A stretch of 64,000 nt of DNA, taken from NCBI GenBank assembly GCA_902793315.1, contig CADBCT010000002.1:2973-66972 (forward strand), given 5' to 3'. Made by a program: the position numbers and the translations under genes. The notes beneath the pieces are model-generated. The model was not told the DNA's origin. It saw only the letters and a program-made list of their open reading frames with translations, and made no database searches. The DNA is from an uncultured Erysipelotrichaceae bacterium (GTDB taxonomy: Bacteria > Bacillota_I > Bacilli_A > RF39 > UBA660). Of the stretch, positions 1 to 8,809 are shown in pieces (position 1 is the stretch's first letter; every line of letters starts with the position of its first letter).

Positions 1-537
1 GGAAAAATTTCATTGAAATAAATCCCATTACTATTCCAAATATTACTATTTCAAAACCTAATAATAAAGATATTTTAAATGATAAAACTAAAACTATTAT
101 TACTACTAAAGCTTTACAAATAAGTTTAATTAATTGACTTAGTAAATTCATTACTCGATCAGGATCAGTATATAATCTATTTATAAACTCACCAACCCCT
201 ATTTCTTCAAAAGCTTTAGCAGGTAATTTATCTATTTTTTGATATAAATCTTTACTAACATTCTTAGTAAATTTAATTTCTAAATAATTATATAACTTGT
301 CTCTAGGGATTTGTAAAATAGTATAGAAAATTATATATAAACTTTCCCATGAAGCTAAAAATAATACAAATCCATAGAAATCTTTTGCTACTAATTTTTC
401 TAAAGCTACTCCAAAAAAGTAAGCAGCTGCAAGAGATGGTAGATAAGTCATTAATATTAAGAAGATATAGATAGCAAGTTTTAGTTTTTCATCTTTTAAG
501 TAGTGAAATAGTACTTTAAAAGTTGAAAACTTCTTCA
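1..537 (-). CDS. ABC transporter, type-1 exporter permease/ATPase (N-terminal transmembrane part only; gene runs off the left edge)
   Basis: Own translation from ATG at 537: MKKFSTFKVLFHYLKDEKLKLAIYIFLILMTYLPSLAAAYFFGVALEKL...GVGEFINRLYTDPDRVMNLL. The frame is open to position 1. SD GAGGTGA lies 5 nt upstream. The hydrophobic helices and G-x-F-x-x-R-L-x-x-D motif are typical of MsbA/BmrCD-like exporter TMDs. It is absent from the ORF track because it is truncated. Confidence 0.65.
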
Positions 538-561
538 TATCTTATCACCTCTTTATCCAAA

Positions 562-583
562 TAAAAAAGTCACCTAAGTGACT
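562..583 (-). terminator. Hairpin plus T-run between the leader ORF and the ABC exporter (candidate attenuator terminator)
   Basis: Minus strand reads AGTCAC-TTAG-GTGACT followed by TTTTTTAT. The stem overlaps the TAG stop of the 31-aa ORF. The hairpin ends about 25 nt before the ABC gene SD. Confidence 0.45.
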
Positions 584-677
584 ATTTTGCTACATCAAAG
601 CAAGTGAGAATACATCTATTATCCTCACAATAGTCACAACTAAAAATCATTAAATTATCATAAATTTTCCAAATCAT
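582..677 (-). CDS. 31-aa leader-type small ORF (MIWKIYDNLMIFSCDYCEDNRCILTCFDVAK)
   Basis: ATG at 677 is preceded by AAAGGAGTGAG with 3 nt between the element and the ATG (7 nt counted from its GGAG core), and by a TTGACA-17-TATGAT promoter. The ORF is too short for the supplied track. It contains four Cys (C-x2-C-x4-C-x3-C). The stop codon sits inside a hairpin. Confidence 0.35.
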   Translation of the reverse strand: MIWKIYDNLMIFSCDYCEDNRCILTCFDVAK

Positions 678-709
678 ATTCTCACTCCTTTCTCCTCAAA
701 TTCGATTTC

Positions 710-738
710 ATCATAACACTAAAAAGAAAGTATGTCAA
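710..738 (-). promoter_or_regulatory. Sigma-A-like promoter for the leader ORF / ABC exporter
   Basis: Minus strand has TTGACA (738..733), a 17-nt spacer, then TATGAT (715..710). The -35 lies in the descending arm of the upstream terminator. Confidence 0.5.
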
Positions 739-758
739 CCTTTTTTTGTTGACATACT
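721..758 (-). terminator. Rho-independent terminator of the MMPL / heptad-repeat operon
   Basis: An 11-bp stem AGTATGTCAAC / GTTGACATACT with an A-rich loop is followed on the minus strand by TTCTTTTT. It overlaps the stop codon at 757. Confidence 0.8.
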
Positions 759-2436
759 ATTTAGATAACTTATAAATAAAGATTGTATTATCACTATTGT
801 CACTAGCAAAGCCATTATAGTCTTTAGATAATTTAATTAATGTTTTAACCTTATGGGAATAGTTAGTAAGCTTAGAACCATAATCAGATAATTTCTTAAT
901 ACCTTCATTATTTATTTTAATAATACCATTAGCTAATTCTTTAGAACCTTCTTTTAAACTACTAGTACCATTAGCTAATTCTTTAGAACCATTATTTAAT
1001 CTATCAAGACCAGTAGTTAGCTCTTTAGATCCATCTTTTAAACTGGATATTCCTCCTACTAAAGCAGTTAATTGACTTTTAAAATTATTAATATTTGTCT
1101 CATTAATATCACTTGGATTAGTTGTACCAAGTAAACCCATAATTATTTTTGCAATTGCTTCATTGGCTCCTTCTAATTTAGCAGCATTTAATGGTAATTG
1201 AGCTAATTCACTTTCAGCTTTTGAAATACCTTGAGCATATTGTTCAATTCCTGCTTCCAATTGAGTTCTTTGACCTCTTAATGTAGCTAATTGAGCCTTT
1301 TGTTCTTCAGTAAGTACTCCTAAAGCTTCTCCTTGTTCTAATTGGCTGATTCCAGCATTTACTTGTGATAGAGTGTTTTCCAATTCTGTCTTTTTTAAAG
1401 TAGCATCATTAATACCCTGTTCATACTGAGCTTTAGCTTGACCACTAGAAATAGTCTCAATTAATTTATTATTATCGTTATATGTACTATATAAAGAATC
1501 AATTAAAGTAGTTAATGATTCTAGTTTGGAAGACCCTAATACTACTTGATTTAATCCTTCAGTAATAGTTTCTGATCCTTTTAAAGCCTGTTCTATACCA
1601 GTACTTAAACTTTCCATTCCATTATCTATTTTACTAGCACCAGTACTTAATTCTTTAGAACCAGATTCTAATTTATTCATACCATTCTGTAAAGTATTTA
1701 ATGAACTATTTAATTCATCTACTCTATTTAATCTAGAAACATCAATATCTTCTAGTAATTTTGGAGTCATTGCAAAATAACAGTCGTTTAAAGAAAACTT
1801 AGTTGTATCATAACTAATAATTATTTTGTCCATATCAGATAATTCACTTAATCCTAAATCTTCATATAATCCGGGACTTGCTAATCCAACAACAATATTA
1901 TTACTACCAGCACTTACTACTTTACCAGTATTTACTGATACATTAGAAGTATTATTAGTATCTAATAATAAAATATTACTTACTACGAAAGGTGTATGCA
2001 TACCACTACTATAATCATAACTAGTATTTTCTAAAGCATATTCTATTCTAATAGTACCTTTCTTATTAATAATGTCTTTAGGATTAACTTCTTTTCCATC
2101 TAAATAATATTTAGTTTTAATTTTAATTGGTAATTCATTATTAATTTTACCTTGATATACAAGATCTTTACCGTTCGATTTAAAAGTTAATTTTTCATTT
2201 TCTAATGATAACTTTTCATCACCATTTAAATTCTCAATATTAGTCAAATATGTATAATCAGTAACATCACCACTGTTTAATTTAGTTAATTTAGTATTAA
2301 CTATTGTATTAGTTACTTTACCAGTATAATCTAAACTAACATGAACTGTTTCAGACTTAGTCAAAGCAAATATATTTATTGGACTAAGTAATAATATACT
2401 AATTACTATTAAACTTATTTTATTTATCTTTTTCAT
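757..2436 (-). CDS. Secreted protein with X-X-X-Leu-X-X-Gly heptad repeats (YhgE/Pip-like repeat region, no C-terminal TM)
   Basis: Signal peptide MKKINKISLIVISILLLSPINIFA. A long run of perfect heptads follows: LQNG MNK LESG SKE LSTG ASK IDNG MES LSTG IEQ ALKG SET ITEG. The start codon lies 1 nt after the MMPL stop, so the two are translationally coupled. Confidence 0.6.
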   Translation of the reverse strand: MKKINKISLIVISILLLSPINIFALTKSETVHVSLDYTGKVTNTIVNTKLTKLNSGDVTDYTYLTNIENLNGDEKLSLENEKLTFKSNGKDLVYQGKINNELPIKIKTKYYLDGKEVNPKDIINKKGTIRIEYALENTSYDYSSGMHTPFVVSNILLLDTNNTSNVSVNTGKVVSAGSNNIVVGLASPGLYEDLGLSELSDMDKIIISYDTTKFSLNDCYFAMTPKLLEDIDVSRLNRVDELNSSLNTLQNGMNKLESGSKELSTGASKIDNGMESLSTGIEQALKGSETITEGLNQVVLGSSKLESLTTLIDSLYSTYNDNNKLIETISSGQAKAQYEQGINDATLKKTELENTLSQVNAGISQLEQGEALGVLTEEQKAQLATLRGQRTQLEAGIEQYAQGISKAESELAQLPLNAAKLEGANEAIAKIIMGLLGTTNPSDINETNINNFKSQLTALVGGISSLKDGSKELTTGLDRLNNGSKELANGTSSLKEGSKELANGIIKINNEGIKKLSDYGSKLTNYSHKVKTLIKLSKDYNGFASDNSDNTIFIYKLSK

Positions 2437-2437
2437 T

Positions 2438-4492
2438 TTACTTATCCTCCTTAAAACGAGTTGTTTTCATTATAAATTTATCAAATATTAATAATAGTGC
2501 TGGTAGGATTAGAATAACTACTAACATACTAATAATAGAGCCTCTAGCTAATAGCGTACAAATAGAACCAATCATATCTATCTTTGTATATAATCCTACA
2601 CCAATAGTAGCTGCGAAGAAGCATAATGCTGAAGTTATAATCGATGGAACAGTATTTTTTAATGTCTTCTCCATAGCTTGTTTTTTTTCTCTTTTCTTTT
2701 TTTGCCTTTCTTCTAAGTATTTAGTTGACATAAGTATAGCATAATCAATAGTTGCTCCTAATTGAATTGTTCCAACTACGATACTAGCAATAAATGGAAG
2801 TCTTGTTCCAAGGTAATAGGCACAAGCCATATTAGTAAAAATAGCAAATTCGATAGCTAAAATCAAAATTATTGGTAAACCAATTGATTGTAAGACAATT
2901 AACATAACTATAAAGATAACAATAATCGAAGTATAATTAACCATGTGAAAATCATGATCAGCAATAGTTACTAAATCTTTCATCAAAGCTCCTTCACCTG
3001 CCACAATACCTTTATGATCATATTTCTTAACTATTTTTTCTACTAAATTAACTTGCTTATTTAATTTAGTACTAGCAATTTCATAATCTGAGTTCATAAC
3101 AATTAATTGATATTTATCATTATTAACTATTGCTAAAGCTTCTTCAGGTAATAAATATTTAATATCTTCACTTATCAATGTATTTGGAGCTAATACTAAA
3201 CTCATTCCAGGAACATCTTTTAATTCTTTTACTAACTTCTCTACTTCTGTAGTCTTAATATCTTTACTTATTAAAGCTATTTCGGCAGACTTTATTCCAA
3301 ATCGATTAGCTAACTGAGAATTAGCAACATGAAATGGTAAATCTTTTGGTAGAGAGTCATCTAATTTATAATATACATCATAGTTCTTATTTCCAATATA
3401 AGCTGGTATCATTAATAGAATAAATATTACAAATAAAACTTTATAATTATTAAGTACAAATTTTTGAATTCTTTTAAACTCTGGAAATAGTTTCTTATGA
3501 TTAGTCTTTGTAATAAAATCATCAAAAGTAAGAATAAGAGCTGGAAAGATAGTCATAACACAAACAAGTCCAAATAAAACTCCTTTAGACATTACTAAAC
3601 CAATATCAGTACCAAGAGTAAGATCCATAGTACATAAAGCTAAGAAACCAACAAAAGTAGTTAAAGATGAACCTATTACTGATTGAAAAGTATCCATAAT
3701 TGCTCTACTCATAGCTATTCTTTTGTCTTTTTCTTTTGTTTTTGCAATTGTATACTTATTGTATAAGAAAATTGAAAAGTCGGTAGTTACTCCTAATTGT
3801 AAAACTGCTACTATAGCTTTTGTAATATAACTAATCTGACCAAAGATAATATTAGTACCCATATTATAAACAATAGCCATTCCAATATTTAAAAGTAATA
3901 AACCAGGTATTACATAAGAGTCCGTTGCAACAGTTAAAATTATCAAACAAAGAATTACTGCAATAACTATATAAGCAACTATTTCTTGTTCAGATAAATC
4001 CATAGTATCGATAACCATTGAAGTCATACTACTAACGCGTGAAGCGTCACCCACTACATCTCTTAGTTTCCTAACTGCACTAATAGTTAAATCATCAGAA
4101 GTATTTTCTTTAAAAGTAACCATCATAATAGTTGTATTATCATTATATAATTTATCAACTACTTTATCAGGTAACATTTCTTTAGGAATAGAAGTCCCAA
4201 TTATATCATAAATACTTATTACTTCATTTACTCCCTTAATATCTCTAATCTTATCTTCTAAGCTATTAATTTTATGTTCTTCTTTAGTATCAATCATTAC
4301 ATAACCTAGTCCAAAATCATCAGCCAAAATATTTTGACCCTTAATTGTATCAATCTTCTCAGGTAAATAGACTAATATATCATAATTAATTCTAGTATTT
4401 AAATAACAATAAATAGCAGGAATTAATAATAATATTCCAATAATTAGAATCATAATATTATGCTTTGAAATAAATTTAGAAAATTTATGCAT
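2438..4492 (-). CDS. MMPL-family (RND superfamily) membrane transporter
   Basis: 684 aa with two 6-TM bundles, each preceded by a soluble loop. Duplicated motifs QLGVTTDFSIFLYNKY and QLGATIDYAILMSTKY are typical of MMPL/SSD transporters. Confidence 0.85.
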   Translation of the reverse strand: MHKFSKFISKHNIMILIIGILLLIPAIYCYLNTRINYDILVYLPEKIDTIKGQNILADDFGLGYVMIDTKEEHKINSLEDKIRDIKGVNEVISIYDIIGTSIPKEMLPDKVVDKLYNDNTTIMMVTFKENTSDDLTISAVRKLRDVVGDASRVSSMTSMVIDTMDLSEQEIVAYIVIAVILCLIILTVATDSYVIPGLLLLNIGMAIVYNMGTNIIFGQISYITKAIVAVLQLGVTTDFSIFLYNKYTIAKTKEKDKRIAMSRAIMDTFQSVIGSSLTTFVGFLALCTMDLTLGTDIGLVMSKGVLFGLVCVMTIFPALILTFDDFITKTNHKKLFPEFKRIQKFVLNNYKVLFVIFILLMIPAYIGNKNYDVYYKLDDSLPKDLPFHVANSQLANRFGIKSAEIALISKDIKTTEVEKLVKELKDVPGMSLVLAPNTLISEDIKYLLPEEALAIVNNDKYQLIVMNSDYEIASTKLNKQVNLVEKIVKKYDHKGIVAGEGALMKDLVTIADHDFHMVNYTSIIVIFIVMLIVLQSIGLPIILILAIEFAIFTNMACAYYLGTRLPFIASIVVGTIQLGATIDYAILMSTKYLEERQKKKREKKQAMEKTLKNTVPSIITSALCFFAATIGVGLYTKIDMIGSICTLLARGSIISMLVVILILPALLLIFDKFIMKTTRFKEDK

Positions 4493-4604
4493 CTAATCAC
4501 TCCTTGCATAATATATAATAGTCATTATTTAAAATAATAGAAGAATAATTTAAAATAATATGTATGATAACCAACATTATTACTTATTTTGTTTGTTTTT
4601 TAAC

Positions 4605-4650
4605 CTACATATGTAGTTTATCTTTACAAGTGTAGCTTAAGTGTAGCTTA
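4605..4650. promoter_or_regulatory. Candidate TetR operator(s) in the divergent MMPL/tetR intergenic region
   Basis: A perfect 12-bp palindrome CTACATATGTAG sits at 4605..4616. A tandem 11-bp direct repeat AGTGTAGCTTA x2 sits at 4629..4650. Together they give four CTACA/TGTAG half-sites within 46 bp. Confidence 0.4.
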
Positions 4651-4678
4651 TTATTATAAAATGTTTATAGGTGATTTT

Positions 4679-5263
4679 ATGGTTAAAAAAGAAGATTTAC
4701 GTATCCGTAAGACTAAAGCAAACTTATATCGAGCTCTACTTCAATTAATGGAAGAAAAAACTTTTGAAGATATAAAAGTAATTGATATATGTAATGTATC
4801 TATGATTAATAGATCTACTTTTTATGATCATTTCAATGATAAATATGAATTATTAGCTTCTTTTATTGAAGATTTGAAAAATGAGTTAATTGAACATTTA
4901 GATGTTCAAATAGAAGCTAATTCAATTAAAGAATACTATATAGAATTATTAAAACTATTATTAGATTATTTTTCTAAAAATATAAATATGTATTCATCAA
5001 TTGCAATTGTCAAAAAGAACAACAATTCAATTGCCTTTGATATGATGTTTGATGCATCACTTGAAGCTGTAACTAAAAGATTAAAAGAACATTATATTAA
5101 TAAATCTAATATACCTACTGAAGTAATCGCACTATTCTATGTCAGCGGTGTCACTAAAATATGTACTGAAGCTATTAAAGATTCAAAAGAATTTAATCCT
5201 GAAAAAATTATCGGTTATCTTGAAGACTTATTACCAGAAATTGATTATTTAGAAAAAAAATAA
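4679..5263 (+). CDS. TetR/AcrR-family transcriptional regulator
   Basis: N-terminal HTH: RIRKTKANLYRALLQLMEEKTFEDIKVIDICNVSMINRSTFYDHFNDKYELL. I prefer the ATG at 4679 (SD AGGTGA upstream) over the track start at 4661. Confidence 0.85.
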   Translation: MVKKEDLRIRKTKANLYRALLQLMEEKTFEDIKVIDICNVSMINRSTFYDHFNDKYELLASFIEDLKNELIEHLDVQIEANSIKEYYIELLKLLLDYFSKNINMYSSIAIVKKNNNSIAFDMMFDASLEAVTKRLKEHYINKSNIPTEVIALFYVSGVTKICTEAIKDSKEFNPEKIIGYLEDLLPEIDYLEKK

Positions 5264-5287
5264 GAAAGTATACTTTCTTTTTTTTAT
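5262..5287 (+). terminator. Rho-independent terminator after tetR
   Basis: AAGAAAG-TATA-CTTTCTT followed by TTTTTTT. Confidence 0.7.
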
Positions 5288-5326
5288 TCAATATCTATGA
5301 TAAACTATATATAAGGTAGTGAGTTT

Positions 5327-6265
5327 ATGAAGTATTTAAAGAAAGTATTTATAGGAATTAGTTGTTTATTAGGAATAGTTTTATTAATTTTAATAATTGA
5401 TTATATTAGATTAAATGTTTCTTATCAAAAAAATAAGAAAGCTTATACTGATGCATTTAATACGCCTGGTGTAAAAGATAGTTATGTTCCCCAAGGAATG
5501 GCTTATGATGATCAACATAATATAGTATTACAGACATCATATAATGGTAAAGGTAATGTAAGTAAACTTTATATAACAGATTTAAAATCTAAAAAACTAA
5601 TTAAAGAATTACGTCTATTTAATCCTGATGGTACTGAGAATAATCTTCATGTTGGAGGAATTGCAACTGATGGAAAAACTATTTGGATTACTAGTGATTA
5701 TCAAGTTAATGAATATTCATTTGAAGAAGCTTTAAATACAGATAAAGATTTTATAAAAAGTCTAAAACACAGTAAATTACCAATTAGAGGAGATTTTTGT
5801 TATTGTCGAGGAGTAGAATTATGGATTGGAGATTTCTTCTTAAAACCATTTTATCCTGTACCTAATAATACTCCACTATTATTTAAATATAGTACAGATA
5901 ATTTAGACTATGACTCTCCAGAAATAGCAATTTCTTTACCTAAAATGGTTCAAGGAATGACTATTACTGATAATGATGAATTTATCTTTACTAGGTCATT
6001 TACATATCTAATAAAATCAGATTTAGTAACATATAAAAATATTTTAAATAAAAAACCAGATGTTTATAAAGTAAATAAAAATTTAAAAATATCTTATTAT
6101 CATTTTACTAATAAAGATATAATTAAGAATGAAAAATTACCACCTATGGCAGAAGGTTTATTCTATAAAGATAATGAATTATATATCTTATTTGAAAGTA
6201 ATTCTAGTCATTATCCCCTAGCTTTTCCTAAGATGAAAAAAGTTATAAAAAAAAGTACTAATTAA
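5327..6265 (+). CDS. Hypothetical membrane-anchored protein (N-terminal TM, beta-rich ectodomain)
   Basis: 312-aa ORF with SD-like AAGGTAGTGAG upstream. One N-terminal TM (VFIGISCLLGIVLLILIIDYI). I recognise no family. Confidence 0.5.
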   Translation: MKYLKKVFIGISCLLGIVLLILIIDYIRLNVSYQKNKKAYTDAFNTPGVKDSYVPQGMAYDDQHNIVLQTSYNGKGNVSKLYITDLKSKKLIKELRLFNPDGTENNLHVGGIATDGKTIWITSDYQVNEYSFEEALNTDKDFIKSLKHSKLPIRGDFCYCRGVELWIGDFFLKPFYPVPNNTPLLFKYSTDNLDYDSPEIAISLPKMVQGMTITDNDEFIFTRSFTYLIKSDLVTYKNILNKKPDVYKVNKNLKISYYHFTNKDIIKNEKLPPMAEGLFYKDNELYILFESNSSHYPLAFPKMKKVIKKSTN

Positions 6266-6273
6266 TAGTACTT

Positions 6274-7728
6274 TTATTTTTTGAAAGCTTTTAATAGATT
6301 TGTAATAATACCTTTAGGTTTTATTAATGTATATACTTCTGAATTATCCCATATACATCTAACTGCTGAATTTAAGATATCATTTGTTTCTCCTGGGAAT
6401 AATGCATATTTACTTCTAGGATATGAATAATCAAAGAAGAAGATTGGTATTTGCATCTCATAGTCTATTGTAACCATTTCAGTATTATAATCTGCTAATG
6501 GAAGAGTTTTCTTAATTCCATATAACGATGTTATAAATAATGAATGTTTATTTTCACAAACTGCTGCTACATTACCTAAAACAATATCTATTTTAGATAG
6601 TTGTTCTTTTAAATCATTAATAGTTCTAGAAGCATCTAAATGATAGTCAAAGATAATTAAATCATATATAGAATTATCAATTAATCCTGTAATATTATTA
6701 ATATCGTTATAATATGTATCATTTAATTTCATAAATTGAATAGCTGGATTATTAACATTATTTAATCCATTAGCTAGTAAATTAACCAAATTAATGTTCT
6801 TTTCATCAGTAACTATTAATGCTTCTTTATCAGATTTTTCTAGTAATAAAGATAAACTACTATCATAAACAATATTATCTGCAAAAGCAGGAATATCATA
6901 TTTAGAGTTTAGTTTAATTAAAGAAAGTATTGGTATACTATAGGAATCAGTCTTAAATACCTCGGGAGCATTTGCTAAAATAGTATTAATAAATTTGTCA
7001 TAATCATCTCTTCTAGTATTAAAGAACATGATTGTATCACCATTACTAATAAAGCAATTATTAGTAGCACAAAAACCTGGTACTACACATGGTCTAACAT
7101 TAGCTTCTTGTAATGATGTTAGTTTCTTTTCAGTATCAATCCATCTCTCTGCTGAACAATAAAATAATAATTTCTTAGCAAAATCTGTCTCTTCCTTAGT
7201 TAATTCTTCAGAAAAATAATCTTTTCCAATAATAAATCCAACAGTAATATGACTATTAAGATGATACTTTATATAGTTAACAATACTAATTAAGTTTTTA
7301 TATTCATTAACAGTAGGTTGTGATAGAAGTAAGTGAAGATATACTTCTTTTTTTTCAGGTAATGTTAAAGAATTTACTACTGTATTAATAAGTTCTACAA
7401 CTTGATTATTAGTAGGTTCTACAAAGATATGTAGTTTATTTTCATTATTTACACTAGCTTGCAAACTTTGATAAGTAGGATTACCTGGTAATTGTTGATT
7501 AATAATATGTTCTTTAATATAATTAATCTCTGCTTTGTAAGTATCTCCTAAAAAGAATCTCTGATATGCACTACGATATTCTAAAGAACTTATAACTGCT
7601 GTTGTAAAATAAGAAGTTTCTTTTACATGAGCAAGTTTAGGCATACATTGATCAATAGAAATACTATAACTACCTGCTTTTTCTATTCCTAATCCATTTA
7701 TTAAAAATATAACACTTTTTTTAGCCAT
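6274..7728 (-). CDS. Cofactor-independent phosphoglycerate mutase-like protein (alkaline-phosphatase superfamily), apparently catalytically degenerate
   Basis: Appears colinear with iPGM, judged from memory of the B. subtilis GpmI sequence. SVIFLINGLGIEKAGSYSI aligns with ILDGFG...GNA; KLHIFVEPTNNQV with LHIFGLLSDGGVHSH; GDTIMFFNTRRDD with SVIFYNFRPDR; YDLIIFDYHLDAS with AIILNFANPDMVGH; and HSLFITSLYG with HAIITADHGN. The metal and nucleophile positions are replaced. Start moved to the ATG at 7728 (SD AGGTGA 5 nt upstream). Confidence 0.5.
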   Translation of the reverse strand: MAKKSVIFLINGLGIEKAGSYSISIDQCMPKLAHVKETSYFTTAVISSLEYRSAYQRFFLGDTYKAEINYIKEHIINQQLPGNPTYQSLQASVNNENKLHIFVEPTNNQVVELINTVVNSLTLPEKKEVYLHLLLSQPTVNEYKNLISIVNYIKYHLNSHITVGFIIGKDYFSEELTKEETDFAKKLLFYCSAERWIDTEKKLTSLQEANVRPCVVPGFCATNNCFISNGDTIMFFNTRRDDYDKFINTILANAPEVFKTDSYSIPILSLIKLNSKYDIPAFADNIVYDSSLSLLLEKSDKEALIVTDEKNINLVNLLANGLNNVNNPAIQFMKLNDTYYNDINNITGLIDNSIYDLIIFDYHLDASRTINDLKEQLSKIDIVLGNVAAVCENKHSLFITSLYGIKKTLPLADYNTEMVTIDYEMQIPIFFFDYSYPRSKYALFPGETNDILNSAVRCIWDNSEVYTLIKPKGIITNLLKAFKK

Positions 7729-7777
7729 ATTTATCACCTACTATTATAAATATACAATAAAAATCAATTAAGATAAA

Positions 7778-7810
7778 TAAAAAAAACGTAAACAATCACT
7801 AGTTTACGTT
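7778..7810 (-). terminator. Rho-independent terminator after map
   Basis: AACGTAAAC / GTTTACGTT stem followed by a T-run on the minus strand. It overlaps the map stop codon. Confidence 0.75.
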
Positions 7811-8561
7811 AATCTAATCTTGGAGTAAATATTTCATAACCATCTTCTGTTACTAAGATAGTATGTTCATAATGAGCAGCTGGTTCACCATCTTCTGTTT
7901 TTACTGTCCAGCCATCATCTAGTTGATATACATATCTCTTTCCAAATGTTAACATTGGTTCAATACAAATAACCATACCCGGTTTTAATCTTGGACCAGT
8001 ATTCTTTGTACCAAAATTAGGAACTTCTGGATCTTCATGCATATCACGTCCAATACCATGACCACATAATTCATGTACAACACCTAAATTATGTTCAGTA
8101 GCATACTTTTCTACAGCTGCTGAAATATCACCTATTCTATTACCTGGTTTTACTTGTTTTATTCCTTCATAAAGAGCTTTTTCAGTATGTTTCATTAAAT
8201 ATTTTTTATTTTCATCTACTTCTCCTACTGCATAAGTCCATGCTGCATCACCTTGATATCCTTTATAACCAATTACAACATCAATAGTAATTATATCTCC
8301 ATCTTTTAGTTTATAATTATCTGGAATACCATGAACTACTGTATCATTAACACTAGTGCATAGTGCTGTAGGAAATCCTTCATAACCTTTACATGAAGGT
8401 ACTCCATCATGATCAGTAATAAATTTATCGCATAACTTATCTAATTCTTTAGTAGTAATTCCAGCTTTAATATAAGGCTTTATATATTTATGCATTTCTG
8501 AAACTAACATTCCAGCTTTACGCATTAAATCTAATTCACGTTCACTTTTTATAGTAATCAT
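7809..8561 (-). CDS. map: Methionine aminopeptidase, type I
   Basis: 250 aa. Pita-bread metal ligands are in canonical context: DGDIITIDV..GYQGDAAWTY, HGIGRDMHE, ICIEPM, HYEHTILV. Confidence 0.95.
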   Translation of the reverse strand: MITIKSERELDLMRKAGMLVSEMHKYIKPYIKAGITTKELDKLCDKFITDHDGVPSCKGYEGFPTALCTSVNDTVVHGIPDNYKLKDGDIITIDVVIGYKGYQGDAAWTYAVGEVDENKKYLMKHTEKALYEGIKQVKPGNRIGDISAAVEKYATEHNLGVVHELCGHGIGRDMHEDPEVPNFGTKNTGPRLKPGMVICIEPMLTFGKRYVYQLDDGWTVKTEDGEPAAHYEHTILVTEDGYEIFTPRLD

Positions 8562-8618
8562 CTAATACCTCCAAACCAAGGTAATTATACTATAAAAAAA
8601 AAGAAAATAAAAGTTCTT

Positions 8619-8774
8619 TTATTTTTCTATCATAATATCAGTCATATCCTTAGTAGATTTTAAACCAATATCTTTTATTTTCTTTAATTTCTCTGGATGT
8701 TTATTAAAATACATATATCCCATATAACCAAGTCCTGCCATAATAGCCATTACTTTCATAGACATCATTTTCAT
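8619..8774 (-). CDS. Small Met-rich membrane protein (51 aa)
   Basis: Own translation: MKMMSMKVMAIMAGLGYMGYMYFNKHPEKLKKIKDIGLKSTKDMTDIMIEK. SD GAGGTGA lies 4 nt upstream of the ATG at 8774. It is below the track length cut-off and fills an otherwise empty 250-nt gap. Confidence 0.4.
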   Translation of the reverse strand: MKMMSMKVMAIMAGLGYMGYMYFNKHPEKLKKIKDIGLKSTKDMTDIMIEK

Positions 8775-8809
8775 CTAATCACCTCTATCTATATTATGGG
8801 AAATAATTA

